Under the pieces are notes generated by a model, which ran no database searches, was not told the DNA's origin, and worked only from the letters and a program-made list of their open reading frames with translations. The position numbers and the translations under genes were made by a program. Below are positions 11,337 through 25,384 of a stretch of DNA of 64,000 nucleotides, piece after piece (the first letter of the stretch is position 1; every line of letters starts with the position of its first letter). The stretch is from contig BFEA01000007.1 of NCBI GenBank assembly GCA_003427395.1, positions 4,050,601 to 4,114,600 of the forward strand, read 5' to 3'. The DNA is from Chara braunii. Its lineage: Eukaryota; Plantae; Charophyceae.

Positions 11337-12113
11337 AATTAGGGTCACCAGCCCGTACGTACGAAGGTCCCCGGGCAGACCTCCGTACGTACGGGCGTTC
11401 GGGGTCCCGTACGGGGTCCGAACCCGACGGCATTCGGCCCCCGCCAAAAAATATTTCGGGGCCTAAAAATAATAAGTTTTTTTTTAATGTTCTTTTGTGA
11501 GTTTTCTATGACGTGATGTACATGCCTGTAAATTTTCAAGTCATTTGGATGAGCCAAATAAGAATTAAAAATCGCCAAAGATGGCCGTGTCAAAAGGTGC
11601 TCGCCCACGTATTTTTTTACTTTTTACTTTTTGTTTTCACTTTAGTTCGGGGTCTAAACAATTTTATTCTTTTTTTAAACTTTTTTAGTGGGTTTTGTAT
11701 TATGTGAAGTACAATTCTGTAAATTTTCAGCGCATTTGGCTATGCCAAAAAAAAATGAAAAATCGCCGAAGATGGCGGTGTCGAAAACATACTCGCGCAC
11801 TCACTAAATTTAATTCTCTTTTTATTTTTATTTATTTTTATTTATTTTTATTATTAGTATTTTTTTTCCGTATTTTATTTTTATTTCAAATTTGGTACGG
11901 AATTCGGATGTAATGCTCAGGTAAATCTTGTTTAGTTTATGTTTCTCCATAACATATCTTTTTTCAGATTTTTTTGATAACTTTGTTTTTTTTTGTTTTG
12001 TTTTTTTTTTGGTCCGCATTCGGCCGCCGAACGCATCCCCAAGGGGTCCCATACGTTCGGGTGTTCGGGTTCGGGCGTTCGGCCCATCCCGAACGCCGGT
12101 AACCCTGATTATA

Positions 12114-12164
<51 letters not shown>

Positions 12165-12645
12165 TATTATCAACTCTCTTATTTTGATTTCCTCCTTCTG
12201 TCATTTCGTGAGGAATCAACGATTCGTTTACGAATCTTGAGTGGAAACTGGTGGCCTAGACTGAATCGACCTCTCGCTTATCACCTTGTGTCTGAACTGT
12301 TCGACCGGGCGTCGCGCAGCAGGACCCCAAAACAGGGGCAACCCGCGGCCGTATCGGTAGGAGACTCATCACCTCCTGTGAGGGGACATGAATCATCTCC
12401 TTGCGATCGGACATGAGTACCCTTCAATTTTTGGAGTTCAACATATTAGTAACCTGGGGTATTGGTCCCTTGCTCCTTTTACATTAATTATTTTTATTCT
12501 ATTTTATTTTATTGCATTCTATTGATTTTAGAACTACAGGTTACTAATATGCTGAACTCCATAAATCACCCCATTAAGAACACAGGGGTCACGATATGTA
12601 ATGATCCTATAAAGAATGAGAGAAGGTGAGCCAGACCTCGTTGTC
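11282..12645 (+). repeat. Repeat C, copy 1 (interrupted by the hAT-like element)
   Basis: Direct repeat of 55025-55685 (AGCATCATTTTTCCTTTTC...TATCAACTCTCTTATTTTGAT...CAACCCGCGGCCG...GAGAGAAGG..CTCGTT). Confidence 0.85.
11340..12107. mobile_element. Non-autonomous hAT-like DNA transposon (768 bp)
   Basis: Imperfect TIRs TAGGGTCACC / GGTAACCCTG. 8-bp TSD ATTATAAT (11332-11339, 12108-12115). GC-rich subterminal repeats and an AT-rich core. The homologous site near 55050-55080 is empty. Confidence 0.85.
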
Positions 12646-12662
12646 GCTCCGACCGTGCGCGC

Positions 12663-12822
12663 GTGCTATACCTCTCACGGCGCCCTGTGACAAGTCGGGA
12701 CGTCGCGAGGTACAACTTACCTTTACCCAAGGGGGTGTCACCACCCTTAGGTAGGCGTATCCTTGCTGAGCTACCGGTCCACATGCGAAGGTTTTTACCG
12801 GCCTTTGTAGAGGTAGGTCGGC
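12663..12822. other. Conserved multi-stem motif, copy 1
   Basis: Shares CTTACCT..., AAGGGG.TGTCACCACCCT.AGG, GGCGTATCC and TTG.AGAGGTAGGTC with 23078-23220 and 29481-29640. Nested complementary segments. Confidence 0.65.
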
Positions 12823-14913
12823 CGACGGCGTTTTTTCGATCGCTGTAGCACAATACGGGGTACGCGTGGTAAGACGTTTAGAACTTATTCGTTAGATATC
12901 CAGGTCGAACTTTTAGAAGGCCGTCTATTTCCTCTTCTGCTTCCAAAACATTTTATTTTTTTTGTAATCACTGTGATCAAAGTACCAATCAAACCATTTC
13001 ACTACCACGGACATTCTATTCTACTTGACATATGACTGAACATCAGATTGTATAAAACTTATATAAGACTTATAATGAATATGAAGGTATTACCGCTGAG
13101 AACCCTTAACACTTTCACAAGTGTTATGTGTCCAAGACTCTTCAATATATCAAGTCCAGTTCAATCCCAAAATCACGCACAAAACATGCAAGGATAGTTC
13201 ACATGCCGTGCACTAACGGTGTCAACCATCAATCCACACCTCAGACATTGTCCCTCACTTCCCAAACCATGTATGACAGCTCTATCTTTCCTGAGATGTA
13301 AGCCCAGCCTCCTCAGATTTTTTCAAAGGACCCTTGAGAGTGACTAGGACCATTTAGGCAATGACCACATGTGACAGTTTTATTGACCACAGGGTTTGAC
13401 TTTAGACGTGGGTATGAAGTCAAGGGGAAAAAGTTGAATCGGCAATGACCGACATGTTATCGAGAGATAACGGAAAATTTGAGTCCTCTTTGTAAGACTT
13501 CTCCTTCAATTACAGTAGATCAAAACAAGGACCTGCACACACAGAGGTCAACAAAGACTCAACACCCCCACTCGATTTCTCACATGTAGATATCGAAGGG
13601 TCAAACCCTTAGATCTGGTCTGTGTGCTTTTGGGATCAACATCCCAAAGTCTATCCCTTTAGCTTCTACCTACCCTAAGTTGTCTGTCACTCTTGCCCTT
13701 TTTGTTCAAGGAGTCTCTTGCCTATGTCCTAAGTTGTCTTAGGGAACTCATATTTCTCCTTACTCTCAGTACTTGTATTTTCTCTCCTGCGGATAAACAC
13801 ACCCTTTGTTGCTTATGCGGTAGTCTAGCTAAGATTAATTCACGTCATTTCGCGGTTTCTCCTTGAGGAGGTTATTAATGAACTGAGTCTACGCGGAACT
13901 TTTTCTTTTCTACTTTTTTTTCCCCGCGGTACTTATCTTTTATTTTGCTTCTTTTAAGACTTTTAAAGTTCCTCCCGCTGGAGCACTCCATTCTTCATTT
14001 CTCTTCTTCTTGTCCTGACATACACAAGTAGTGGGTTGACTCACCCGGGAATTTTCCACTACTTGCTCAATTCCAGACAAAACGGTTAGTCAGATAAGTA
14101 GTCGAGTAGTTCCACGAGAGCACTCAACCACTAGCCTGTAAGGTAATAAGGAAACCGCACGACAGTTTCCCGTAACCAGCGTTGGAGTCAAACAGACGTT
14201 TCATCAATTTGTTACTTTAGTCAGATGAATGGCAAGGTAACTTCGCACGTTGAGTATGCCATCATCCACCTTAGTTAGCCCATGCAAGCAGTGTGACGAC
14301 CCCACGGGAGCCTCCATTACACAACTTTGTCTCTCAATCCCAAGCAAACAAGGTCCCTTCTCGGTTCTCCTAGGTTCCTTCCTTTCATCAGGCAGGATTA
14401 TTACTTCAATCGTATACCCTTTTTCATTTCGATACACTTCAGTCATGAAGAAAGTACAAACAGTATCTCACACACCCATACAGGCAGTCCAGTACAAAGT
14501 TGTAGCTTCTATGGGTATACGAGAACGGAATAGGTGACGCGTACCTCATGGTTCCCTGCCTCCAGAGTTCCTCCTGAACTCCGGCAATGCTCCCGCAATC
14601 GCCCTGTTGTACCTGCCTATTGGGTCATCCTTTTCCACAGAGCAGACATTTTTAATTTAGAGAGGTCATACTATTTCTAACAGATGTCAATCAACAAAGA
14701 ACGGTAATCATAATAATATTTTCGGACAGATAAGGATAAAAGGTGAACGAAGGGATTGGATCAAGGGAGAATGAAGGGGGATGGAGGAGGCAGGCTCCGT
14801 CACACGGTGACGATGTTCCTCTTCTCTCCAATGCCCCGCACTCTCCTCCTCTCTTACGCTTGTTTATCTCATGATGTTTCAATAGTGAAACAACAACCAA
14901 TAATAATAATAAC

Positions 14914-14962
<49 letters not shown>

Positions 14963-15589
14963 TTGTCGGTAACACTCTGTCAAGTATCTTGAATAACTTT
15001 TCAATGAGCAAGCAATCAATGGAAAGGGGAAAAACGTCTTATCGATGTACCACTTGTCATAAGTCTTCCCTCCATTTCCACTTCCTTTTACCCTTTTGCT
15101 TTCCCCTCACGGTCCTGGGTACAGACTCCCTCTCACTGCTCAGCACGCCTGCTCTTTAGAACCATGTGTGTGTATGCTTGTTACTCAACTTGCTTGCAAG
15201 GCCGTACGGGCACATGCTTGCTGCCCTGCATTTCCAGCCATTGTCCACCAGTGCCCCGTTGTTCGGCTGCAGCACACGTCATCCTGCTCCTGCGCGCGAG
15301 TGTGGTGTCAAGGCTGCTTTCTCTGCGGTCCGCAGCCATTCTGTGACATGTCAGCCTCAAGCAGCGCTTGCCCAAGGTGCAGCGACCCATGTCCTTGGTT
15401 TAGCCGCCCGGTGCAGCTACTTCCTCTGAGAAAACCTAGGGTGAGGCCCATGCTGCACTTCAACTAACTAGCCTGTAGCAACTGTCTGAGAACCACTTTG
15501 GAAATCGCTTAGGTAGGGGTTTTTCGTAGACACTTAGGTCGTCCCTCACTTATGGCGGCACGAGGCTGGTTGTGGTATCCGCATGTTAT

Positions 15590-15619
15590 TCAATAATAAT
15601 AATAAAAATACAAATCACG

Positions 15620-15670
<51 letters not shown>

Positions 15671-15696
15671 GTAATAATAATAATAATAATAATACA

Positions 15697-15727
<31 letters not shown>

Positions 15728-15741
15728 TAGTATAAATAACG

Positions 15742-15820
<79 letters not shown>
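15590..15820. repeat. Long interrupted (TAA)n tract (mirror copy 52615-52800)
   Basis: Seen directly. Other tracts lie near 11310, 12110, 14900, 16890 and 18255 (TTC), with mirrors in A'. Confidence 0.95.
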
Positions 15821-15824
<4 letters not shown>

Positions 15825-16886
15825 TATTAATATTAGTAGTTACCGACTTCAATCCACAAAACCACTTTAAAAGTTAGGAAGTTTGGCATCATCCGGAAAG
15901 CGAAACTTCATTGATACTAAATTAGCAGGGGACCAGAGCATTGTTTCCGAATGCTAGTGAGCATATTATCCCTTCCACTGGCATACGATTCCAGAGTCTT
16001 TTTTTCCTTTTGGAGCTTTGCGCCCAGACTACCATCACTCAGCTATTACCAGACCACGAATCAATAGCGCAAATGTTGAAGTCAGCAGCAGGGCTAAATT
16101 ATGTGAATAATAATGATTTTGTAGACCATCGCCAAGACCAGGTATGTGTTATCACATCATCAACCTCCCCTTTCTCTCTTCTTGTGTCATGTCTGTGTTT
16201 TGTTTGTTCTGTGTTTGTCTGTCTGCTTGATATTCTTTATTTTGTCCACATGTGTCTCGATGATTTGTGTGGTTGTTCGTCTGTTTATTTCTACTTGTAT
16301 GCTCATGTAAGTTTGTTTGTCTGTTCGTCCATTTGTCTGTGTTGGTTTTGTATGTCTGACGCTGCCTGTTGGCCTGAAGCTGTCAGTCTATACCTGTCTG
16401 TTACCGCATGGGACTGTGTGCACTACGGAGATGGAAAAGGGTCAGACCTTCGGCCGCACAAGCAGAAATCAAGAGGCAACGCCCAGTCATTCATTCATTC
16501 CTGCGTCAGCCATGCGGAAGTGTTGTTACAATGACTCGTGCGAGGTGGTCTGCAGTGAGCTCGAAGACGAAGTGGGCGAGAAAGAAGAGCTTAGCCATAG
16601 CGATAGGTTAGAAGCGGCCATGGCCGCCATAGTCGTAGTTAGAGTTTAGCGTGTGTGTGTGTGTATGTTCAGAATACCTCGTGTGGGATATTCAGGGTGA
16701 TCTTGTGTATGGGAACAAAGAGAGTTGTGTGGGCGCTGAGTCGCCATAGCCATCAAAGTGAACTTGAATCTGAAATGTGTTCTCGGTTACCGTATCTCTG
16801 AGATGTAAGTGGGCGCTTGTCGCCAGTCTGCTGCGCACATGTTTGCACGCATAAGAAGTGTGAATGAAAGCGAGTCTGACTTTCAC

Positions 16887-16947
<61 letters not shown>

Positions 16948-18985
16948 CAATCAATGCTAATGCAAGGAAGATGAGCAATAGTGAACTTCAACAATCAAAC
17001 AACATCATATACACAAGACCAGATAGTCGTGACCTCGAACCAACAACAAATTTGCCTCAGGAGTTTCACCAAATAAGAAGACACCAAGAGCTCATAATTG
17101 ACAATGCTGGTAAAGTCTCATTATCATCATTAATGAAGAACCAATGTTGATATCCTATCTGGTGCTCGTCGCCCAGACTACAGATGACAGATCCTATCTA
17201 GACTAGACTACAATGCCGAATGATGACGACAACAATGTTTCCGAAGTACAAGCATACAACGACCAATGTCGCATACTTCCAGCACCAGGTGTGTCTCTTG
17301 CCTCACTCACAACCTCGATCCCCCAAACACAAATGCCACATAGACCCAAAAGACCATCTGCGCCTCATCCTGCATAGCGCAGGGCTGCTTGGTTTAACCA
17401 TATATATACATATATATACATATATATTCCTAACATGCGAGGTTGGTTCCATACACACACACACACACTCTCGCACACGTACACGTATACATACACACAC
17501 AAGTGAGTACACACTCACACACACACACTCACAAATAGCAATGCTTGTTTCCCAGTTATAGTGCTAGATTCATTCGATTATTTTCATCCTATCTGTTCAA
17601 TTATAGTGAGTCGATCGTGAGACTCACATGCACACACACACACACACACACATATACTTGTATATTAGCGCACTTTCCTTTAGTGTAGCGGTAGATTTAT
17701 TCCATTTTGTTATGCTATCGATTGAAGTAGCGTGAGTATGGTCGCGCGGTTGGAGACTTACCTGTTCTAATTCGTCATGATGTGCGGCATACCGAGACCA
17801 CGGCACGGGGATACGACCGGCATCAACGTGCGTTCCAATCATGTCGGGCGGATGACGAGCCCAACCTTATGTTGCCATCATCATCCGCAAGGCCAGGTAC
17901 GTTGCTCTTTCCCCTTCTCTATCCCTCTACTTTTTTTTTTTTTTCTTCTTCTTCTTCTTCTTCTTATTATTATTATTATTATTATTATTGCGCCCTAATT
18001 CCACGCATGTTTCCTCCTTCACTCCCGATATGCCGCACGCCAATTTTAACCCCTGCTTTGTCGCTAACCCCATATCCGTTATTGCGCGCATGTTTCTCTC
18101 TCGTCGCGCTGCACCTGAGCTCTCCTTCCTCCTAGTTCGCGCTATGTCTCCTTCCTCCGCCCGATTTTCTCCCTTCCGTTCACTACCCCTGCCGTGTAGT
18201 CGACCTCCTTCCATTTGTGTTTACTTTCCTCCCTCGCACTAGTCCCTTCCCCCTTCTTCTTCTTCTTCTTCTTCTTCTTCTTCTTCTTCTTCTTCTTCTT
18301 CTTCTTCTTCTCTTTCTTTCTTCTTCCTCTCCCTCTTCTCCTCCTTCCTTCTTCTTCTTCTTCTTCTTCTCCTTCCTACGTGCTTCATTTCTCTCTCCTT
18401 CAAGCCGCGCCCCTCTTCTTCTCCTTCTTCTTCCTCCTCTTCTTCTGCGAGCCTCGTTTCTCTCTCCTCCAGGTCGCGCTACTCTCCTTCTCCTTCGCGT
18501 GTCGTCCTTGTCTTCTCCCTCGCGCGCTCCACGTCTTCTCCATCACGCGCTCCTCTTTTGCTATCCCTTGCGCACGACTTCCTCCTTCGCCTAGCTCTTG
18601 CGCGCGCCACGCTCTTACTCACGAACTCCGCGCTGTTACGGAGCTAGGTACGGCCTTGACAAGGCTCGCCCGAAACATTGTCGCCGCGGCGGGGTATCGA
18701 ACATTTTTCTCGGGAACAAATTTGCCCAAGATTCGAGGCAAATCCATTAAGGTAAGTTCAAGTAGAATCGTACAAGAGCAAAAGAAAGATAAAAAATAAA
18801 GAAAAAGAAACGAAAAAGACTTAACGAGAAATGCAAGAGAAAAAACAGGAATTTCAAAAAGAAAAAGAAAAAAAACAACTCTAACAGAATCAAACCTCTA
18901 ACTACCCTAGCTTGCAGCTTGCTAAGTGGTGGGCCCCCGTTATAGCAGGGGCTCATGTCTCAACTAACTTACTAACTGTAACTAA

Positions 18986-19026
18986 ATCCTAATACGGAGG
19001 TCGTGGGTTCAAGTCCCGGTCGCCCG
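18986..19026 (+). promoter_or_regulatory. tRNA-like 3' half / B box convergent with the hairpin RNA gene (mirror copy near 49652-49692, minus strand)
   Basis: GGAGGTCGTGGGTTCAAGTCCC resembles a tRNA variable loop plus T arm. No D arm or acceptor stem is recognisable. Confidence 0.5.
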
Positions 19027-19058
19027 GAGTCGGGTTAAAAACTCAGCTCCCTTATAGC

Positions 19059-19147
19059 AAAAAGGGAGTTAGCTTAAGGGCCGGGGCAGATTCGATCCCT
19101 ACGTCTCGAGCTTAACAATCTGCCCCAAATCCTACTGAGCTAGCTCC
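19059..19147 (-). ncRNA. Putative Pol III hairpin small RNA (~89 nt), in repeat A
   Basis: TATATA at 19179-19184. A-box-like TAGCTCAGTAGG, B box GATCGAATC, terminal stem GGAGCTAGCT/AGCTAACTCC, inner stem GGGGCAGATT/AATCTGCCCC, T5 terminator. Confidence 0.6.
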
Positions 19148-22100
19148 TACTTCAATTAGAAGAGGAGCTACTCAGTTCTATATAGAGCAGCGGGGCTTGG
19201 TCCAACTAGCGGTCCGATCCATTTACTTGTTTGTCCGCATGCCTGTCTGAGTGTTTGTCGGCTCGAGCGTGTGTGTGACCCGCAGGGGTACTTGATTCAT
19301 CTGTTGGCCCAAAGGGCCAGTACTTTGCCTGCGGCCGTGACATTGAGGGTTGCCGCGGGGAAAACATTCAAGTGGCGGAGAAAATGCCCGCGATACTGAA
19401 AAACACACTCAAGTAGCAGGCAGGCCGGCACCACACCAAGTAGAGGTGGGTGTGCCTGGTACTCGAGGCTGAGCAGAAGAAGACAAAAGTTGGCATTTTA
19501 GAGGCCCAGTACAAGTAGAGAGGCGGATACTAGGTCAAGTAGCTTGAGTCAGGACCCTGTGCAGACGATATCTGAGTCTACAATAGTGTCCTCCTTCTGC
19601 AAAGGGACGGAGGCACCAGTTGTTTCAGTGCTACGTGGTCCGGGAGTCGCCACCCAAGAGGCAACTTCCTCTCTACATACGGGAGGCTGAGCGGTAGCCT
19701 CCACCTCACTCACGACATACGAGTAAGAACATATGTATCGATTGCCGTTACATATTATGGTTGGCAGTGTGTTTCTTTTGGTTGTCATGTCCTCATGACC
19801 GGGGTTATATTAATTTTTTAGTCGACTTTAAATTTTTTCGGCGGTGCGACCTGCCGACTTTCCCATACATGCCGGTCCGACGCCCCGTCATTCATTCTAA
19901 TTCATTCTCGCCTTACCGCCTTACCTTTTAACGGTTTTTAGATTGTGGTCGCCTCATCCCGTGCGACATTTCTTATTCTTCTTCCAACTCTCCGGCCCTC
20001 GCGGCCGAAGACTTTTAATTTTTAATAACCCTTACCTGTTGTCGCATGCGTCGTATCACCGCGTATGATCACCTAGCAGCCTCGTATTGAATGGTCGAAA
20101 AAATTGCTTCACGGCATCATGGTAAAAATTCTTACTTTTCACTTCAGGTTGTTTCCGGTATGGTATCCGTCCATCCTGCATCGAATGAAAAATTATGAGC
20201 AAATACCTTTGTAAGGGTGTTTGCTCCGATAGTCTTTCCGGACCCCATTCAGCGACGTCCCTGTCGCTGGGGAATCTAAATGCAAACAAAGGTCTTCTGA
20301 CGTGACAAGTTGTTAAAATCCGATTTCCTGGATGGAGTTGCGGTTTGAAGACTCTCAATGTACCCCTTGGTGCGTCCATACTGCCAGAATTTTAACCTGC
20401 GTCTACCACATACTCAAAAAAATTATAATATGAAAGAAAGATTATTCCACATGACTCAAAGTGGGGATAGTCGATCTGTACTACAGTTACAGAGGTCACC
20501 AAGGAAGAAAATTATAGCCTCTCCCCCCAACTTTACACTTTATTTGCTAGGATCTCGTTAGGTGTCCAAAGAGTTAGAAATCATAATTGAATCCTACCCT
20601 TTGGACGCGGGCTTTAACCTAAGTCAAATTATACCGTCCCACCTGAAGTCTAATGCGAGGGGATCGACTCCCTTGGTCTCAACCCACCACAGTCGATTAA
20701 TGAGGTTGGATCTGCGGCCCACCGTGTTGTTATTTTAACGGTGATACCTGTATTAGTTACGCAATACAGGATAATGTCATCCTATCAAAGTATCTAGACC
20801 TGACTCTTGATCCCTCGAATATCTACCTGAACCGATACTATCATTAGGGTGTCCCTCCCCTCAAGTATTAGCTCTAGGTCGTAATCGGAAGGCCCGCTTC
20901 CTAGTTGTACTTGGCCAGCAGCCCACGCTGGAGTTACGTCCCAACGATGTCAATTTTTCACCATAGGCTTGGTAGTTTTAAGTCCCTCAGACTGACCTCC
21001 ATACGTGGATGAGCGATGATCATTTAAAAATATACATATGAAAACCAATTTGACCAAATAATTTTTCTCCGCTCGTCAGCTGTCTTTGAATAGGTGAACA
21101 ACCCCATTGAATGTATATATGAAAGAAAACAATTTCAACAATAAGAAATGATTTAACATGATTGTCATATTTGTCTCTGATCGAGGGGCATCGTCAGAGC
21201 CACTTAGGGGTCGTTCCTCCCAGACCTCCATCACAGGCTGGATAACACGTCTCGGGGATCTTTTGTCAACAGAAAAAGCCAAACAACATATCCATAAAGA
21301 AAGTATAAAAAATATTTGTTTGAACCTTTGTCTTGTCAGAATGCAGAAAAAAAATTCATTTCATTCATAACATACATTTCCCTGACTTGCAAGGTTTCTC
21401 AAATGCATCAGAAATTTTAACTTTTTCACACCGCCTTTTCAGGGTCTCTTTCAAAAATATTTATATAGAACATGGAAAAAACCGACCAACAATGCAAGAC
21501 ATTCTCAGACTGCATAAGTCACTTTTCATCCTATCATTCTTTAATATTGAGGCATTTTTCTGAGTATCATAGTTCAAGACTTGATAACACAGACTGTACA
21601 AGATACTCATTTCATCAATCAAAACCAAACACTAGACCAATCTCAATTGTGAAAGTGAGAAGTGTCCCTCGTCGGCATACCTCATATATAGAAATCATAT
21701 ATGACTTAGGAGAAAATTTAGTTGAATCCATAATGTCGAGTCAAAAACAGTTTTGAAACTCGAGTTACACGTCTCTCTTATCCTCTATTGTTATCGTACA
21801 CCTGCTGAGTCAGAAAAATATAAAGGAGATAATGAAATTTCATGACACCTCATATATCGGAGTACATACTCTATGACACCTCGTTTATCTTATTCACTAA
21901 GGTACAACATTGTCTCTAAGGGAAATAAATAGTAACTACGTCATGTACCTTACCTCATTATGGACTACTAGAGTACAATATCTTGGCTGAAGAAAAGAAA
22001 ATGTGAGAGTTCTATTTTAGAACTCAAAAGAAGAAAGAGACTAAAGTGTCCCTCACCCATCAGTTAGGCGCAATCCTTACTTAAATTTCCTATAATTAAG

Positions 22101-23077
22101 CTTCAATTACTTAAATAACTGGAATCTGATCCTTTCTTTGATCTTCTTCAGCCGCCCCTAGGCCCAGCTTACACAGACAAACGTCTAGCAACATTCCCTA
22201 CCAATATATATAGAACCTTTTCTTTTTTACAATATTCTTTCTGAAAGTTAATCTTCAAATCATATCTCACTAACATCGTTCATTTCCGACGTCTAAGACC
22301 ATTCAAAAGCAGATGATAATATACTGCGATAATGATGCATTTGCGATTTTTAAATATTGAATGTCATAAATTATCATAATAACTGTTACTTATAGTATGA
22401 ATATAATGTCATAGCGACAACAATATTTATAATAGTTGAGTAGGTAAATAGTATTAGCGAGTGAAAAATCAAATTCAATTGGTATACGCGTGCATAGTGA
22501 TGATGAGAAAGTTATGCTAACCGTTATGATGGACACCGGTCATGCTGTGGTTAATAAACTCTCTAGTGATAAATGTTTTTTTATGCAAAAATAATGAGAG
22601 TACTACATTCTATTGCCTGGGCTTTGACAAGAGTATATTGTGTCAAGGGGCAGTATAATCCCTTAAAAGGGTTAACATCTTCGACTCCCAAGCCCCGCTC
22701 AAGGACCAAGCCTCACTTCTTTACCCTCCGATTTCAATATTCGTTCTTTGCAGATCATTGCCAATGAGTAGACAACCCCACCGTACAAGTTTCAGGATGC
22801 CCTATCCCATCTCGTATTGATGAACCCACTTGACACAAAGATAGTTGGGGAATCACCCCCTGCTTCCTTGCGACAGGTAGTAGTCGTCTCCGTTGTCGAG
22901 CGCATTGTCCCTCGCGCGAGCGAGGGCCCTCCCGACTATGTCACGCAGGAGTTAAAACAAAACAAAATCAAGAGACGACTTAGGACGATGCATAAATAAT
23001 CCCGCGAACCGTCGAGACGGACGCGGTTGCATTGTCCCTTCGTCGCTCTAGCCGGGTGCGCCAGCTGTACATTTCAC

Positions 23078-23220
23078 GGTCCCCTACGACAGGATAGGTT
23101 TTCGTGGGGCACATCTTACCTTCCCTAAGGGGCTGTCACCACCCTCAGGGGCGTATCCCTACCGAGCTACTGACCCACGTGCAAAAGTTCTTACATGCAA
23201 TTGCAGAGGTAGGTCAGTCG
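23078..23220. other. Conserved multi-stem motif, copy 2 (most divergent)
   Basis: Same core words. The upstream stem differs in sequence but still pairs (CCCCTACGA...TCGTGGGG). Confidence 0.6.
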
Positions 23221-25384
23221 AGGGCGTTTGCTCGCTCGCTGGAGTATAGGTACGCTTGGTTAACGCCAAGTGGACCCGAACGTTGTCCGTCCCCCAGGGC
23301 GCTGATCTCCTCGGTATGAACGAACGTCAGTCGACTCGGACGGTCTCAACCAAACGTGAAACCCACAATATAATCCTAGTCCCTTTATAATTACAGGATC
23401 ACAGAATAAATCATTACACTCTTATCAAATCGCACAACATAGGATTTTGACTTGAAGAGATGGCATGCCAAAGTTATTCTCCTTGACCTATATGACTGAA
23501 GAAATTATTATTCCATCGTTTTCAAGGCGGAGGCTCAATATTGACGAAAGATTAGGAAGGACAACCTAACCTTTAACTTACGGTTGGGTCTGTTGACACC
23601 TATTAACCCATGACTTCTGCAAGTAAATCTCATTGCTACCATGTAGATCAACAAGTAATCTGGTTCCTGGCCGAAGTTTAAACTCTCGGTTTGACCACAC
23701 CTCTGTACCATATGCTACTTGCTTGGAGGAAAGTATTACGTAGCGAATAAATTTTTTGTTGGTCGCTTGTCCTCCTGGGCGATAATTTTTTTTTTTTTTC
23801 CACGAATGATGAAGTATCCATTCCGAATCTTCATCATCAAGTTACTTAAAACAAATTCGCAGTCGTTATCACTGCGCAAATAGAACCATCACCTTCATTT
23901 CCTACTTCTTCTTACGAACAAGAACTTCTTATGTCTCCAACACGCACCTATCCCTCTAGGAAGTGGTCTTGTGGATACTCCTTCCCCTCGCCCGAGCCCG
24001 AAGACTCGGATCTCAGAGGTTGGGTCGTCACCACCGAGTCGGCAGAATACTACCCCCGACGAATCGGGTCCATTCCAAGTCGTTAACAGGGCCGACTCCG
24101 AAAGCATACGAACCCCCGCCTTGGATGCTTCCTAGAGAGAAAGACGGTGTTCACCATGAGTAGGTTTCTTTTATTCTCATTATTAATAAGTTTTGGGTAA
24201 CTTATATGAAATAGAAACTGAAGAAGATAGACAACGATAATCATTTGGATAGGTATAGGTAGAAAAGGTCGTTCGGGATAGAAAAAGTCAATCATGAGAA
24301 GAAAGCTAAATTCGTTTGACCTTGTCTGCTTTATTACAATTGAACTCATTTTGTGGTGCACACATAATTAAAGTTTCTCAAAACATCCAATTATTTTTGG
24401 CATGCAGACGGGTGAGAAGTAAAGAAAAGACAATCATTTTCTTTTTTCTCCAACAGGCATAATCAATCTCCGTTTCAAGCATCCTTCTACCTATCTGCAC
24501 AATCAAGAAAAGAAACAATCCAAGAGATTCATCCATCCCCCAAACAAAGTCACCCCATTTTCCCACATGCATGACGTCACACACTTACTCTACCTTTTCC
24601 CCTGAATTCAAACCAAGGTCATGCAAGGTGTGGATTCACGCAGGTGTGCAAAGGAAACTGAGTCACACAACTCACTTTGTGGTGCTCACAAAGATAACCA
24701 CACTTTCCTTCAGGCGTCACCACTGACCCAGACGCCGTTCATCAAGACAAAAGCGAGCTCGCTGTTTGAGGAGAGTGTTCCCCCTCTTAGTCCCACACAG
24801 TCTCACTATAGTCTGAGCGACACGCCTCTCACCAAGAACAATGTCACCCCAATTTGCAATCCAATCCCCCACCAATTACCAAGCTTGATCACCACACGCC
24901 TGCCACCGCAATTATTCCCAGCCTTACTTTTCACTCAGTTGGTCCCAGAATGGTCCCAGATGGCTCCACACCACCGCCGGAATATCCGGTGGTCCTTGAC
25001 TCAACCCAACTTGCTCAACGTGCCGTAAAAAAAACAACGGCCTTGACAAAATCCCGCAGGTGCCGCATGCCAAAACGCCCCCAAACAAGAAGACCGTCAC
25101 ACCAAGTCAATCGCAAGGCAATCCACACCACTTCCCTGTGATGGCCGCCTGCCACGTCACTCTCTTTCATCCCCAATAACAGGGCAACACCTCGATGCCG
25201 CCGTTACTTGCGTCCAACCACGGCGCCACGTTCCCACTACTCCAAAATACACCACCATCTCAGCGGCACTTCCCCTGCGACAATGTCCAGCCACAGTTTT
25301 ACCAATTCAGTACCAATAATACTGTCGCTTCCACCTGTGAAAACCCCGCCAGCCCACGCATTACCGCCAAGATCCCGACGCAAT

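Larger units (their letters stand above)
14137..20231 (-). mobile_element. Repeat A, ~6.1 kb, LTR-like non-coding unit
   Basis: Inverted copy of 48430-54422 along its whole length, including microsatellite positions. Termini read T(A/G)TCGGAGC...CCTTACA. No TSD, PBS or PPT identified. Confidence 0.7.

Noticed and set aside
14691-18956. Many poly-I/L/N/Y/F/S ORFs here and in 50-53.7 kb
   Set aside because: Microsatellite translations.
18960-19030. Complete tRNA gene
   Set aside because: Only a T-arm-like 3' half is present; no D arm or acceptor stem can be folded.
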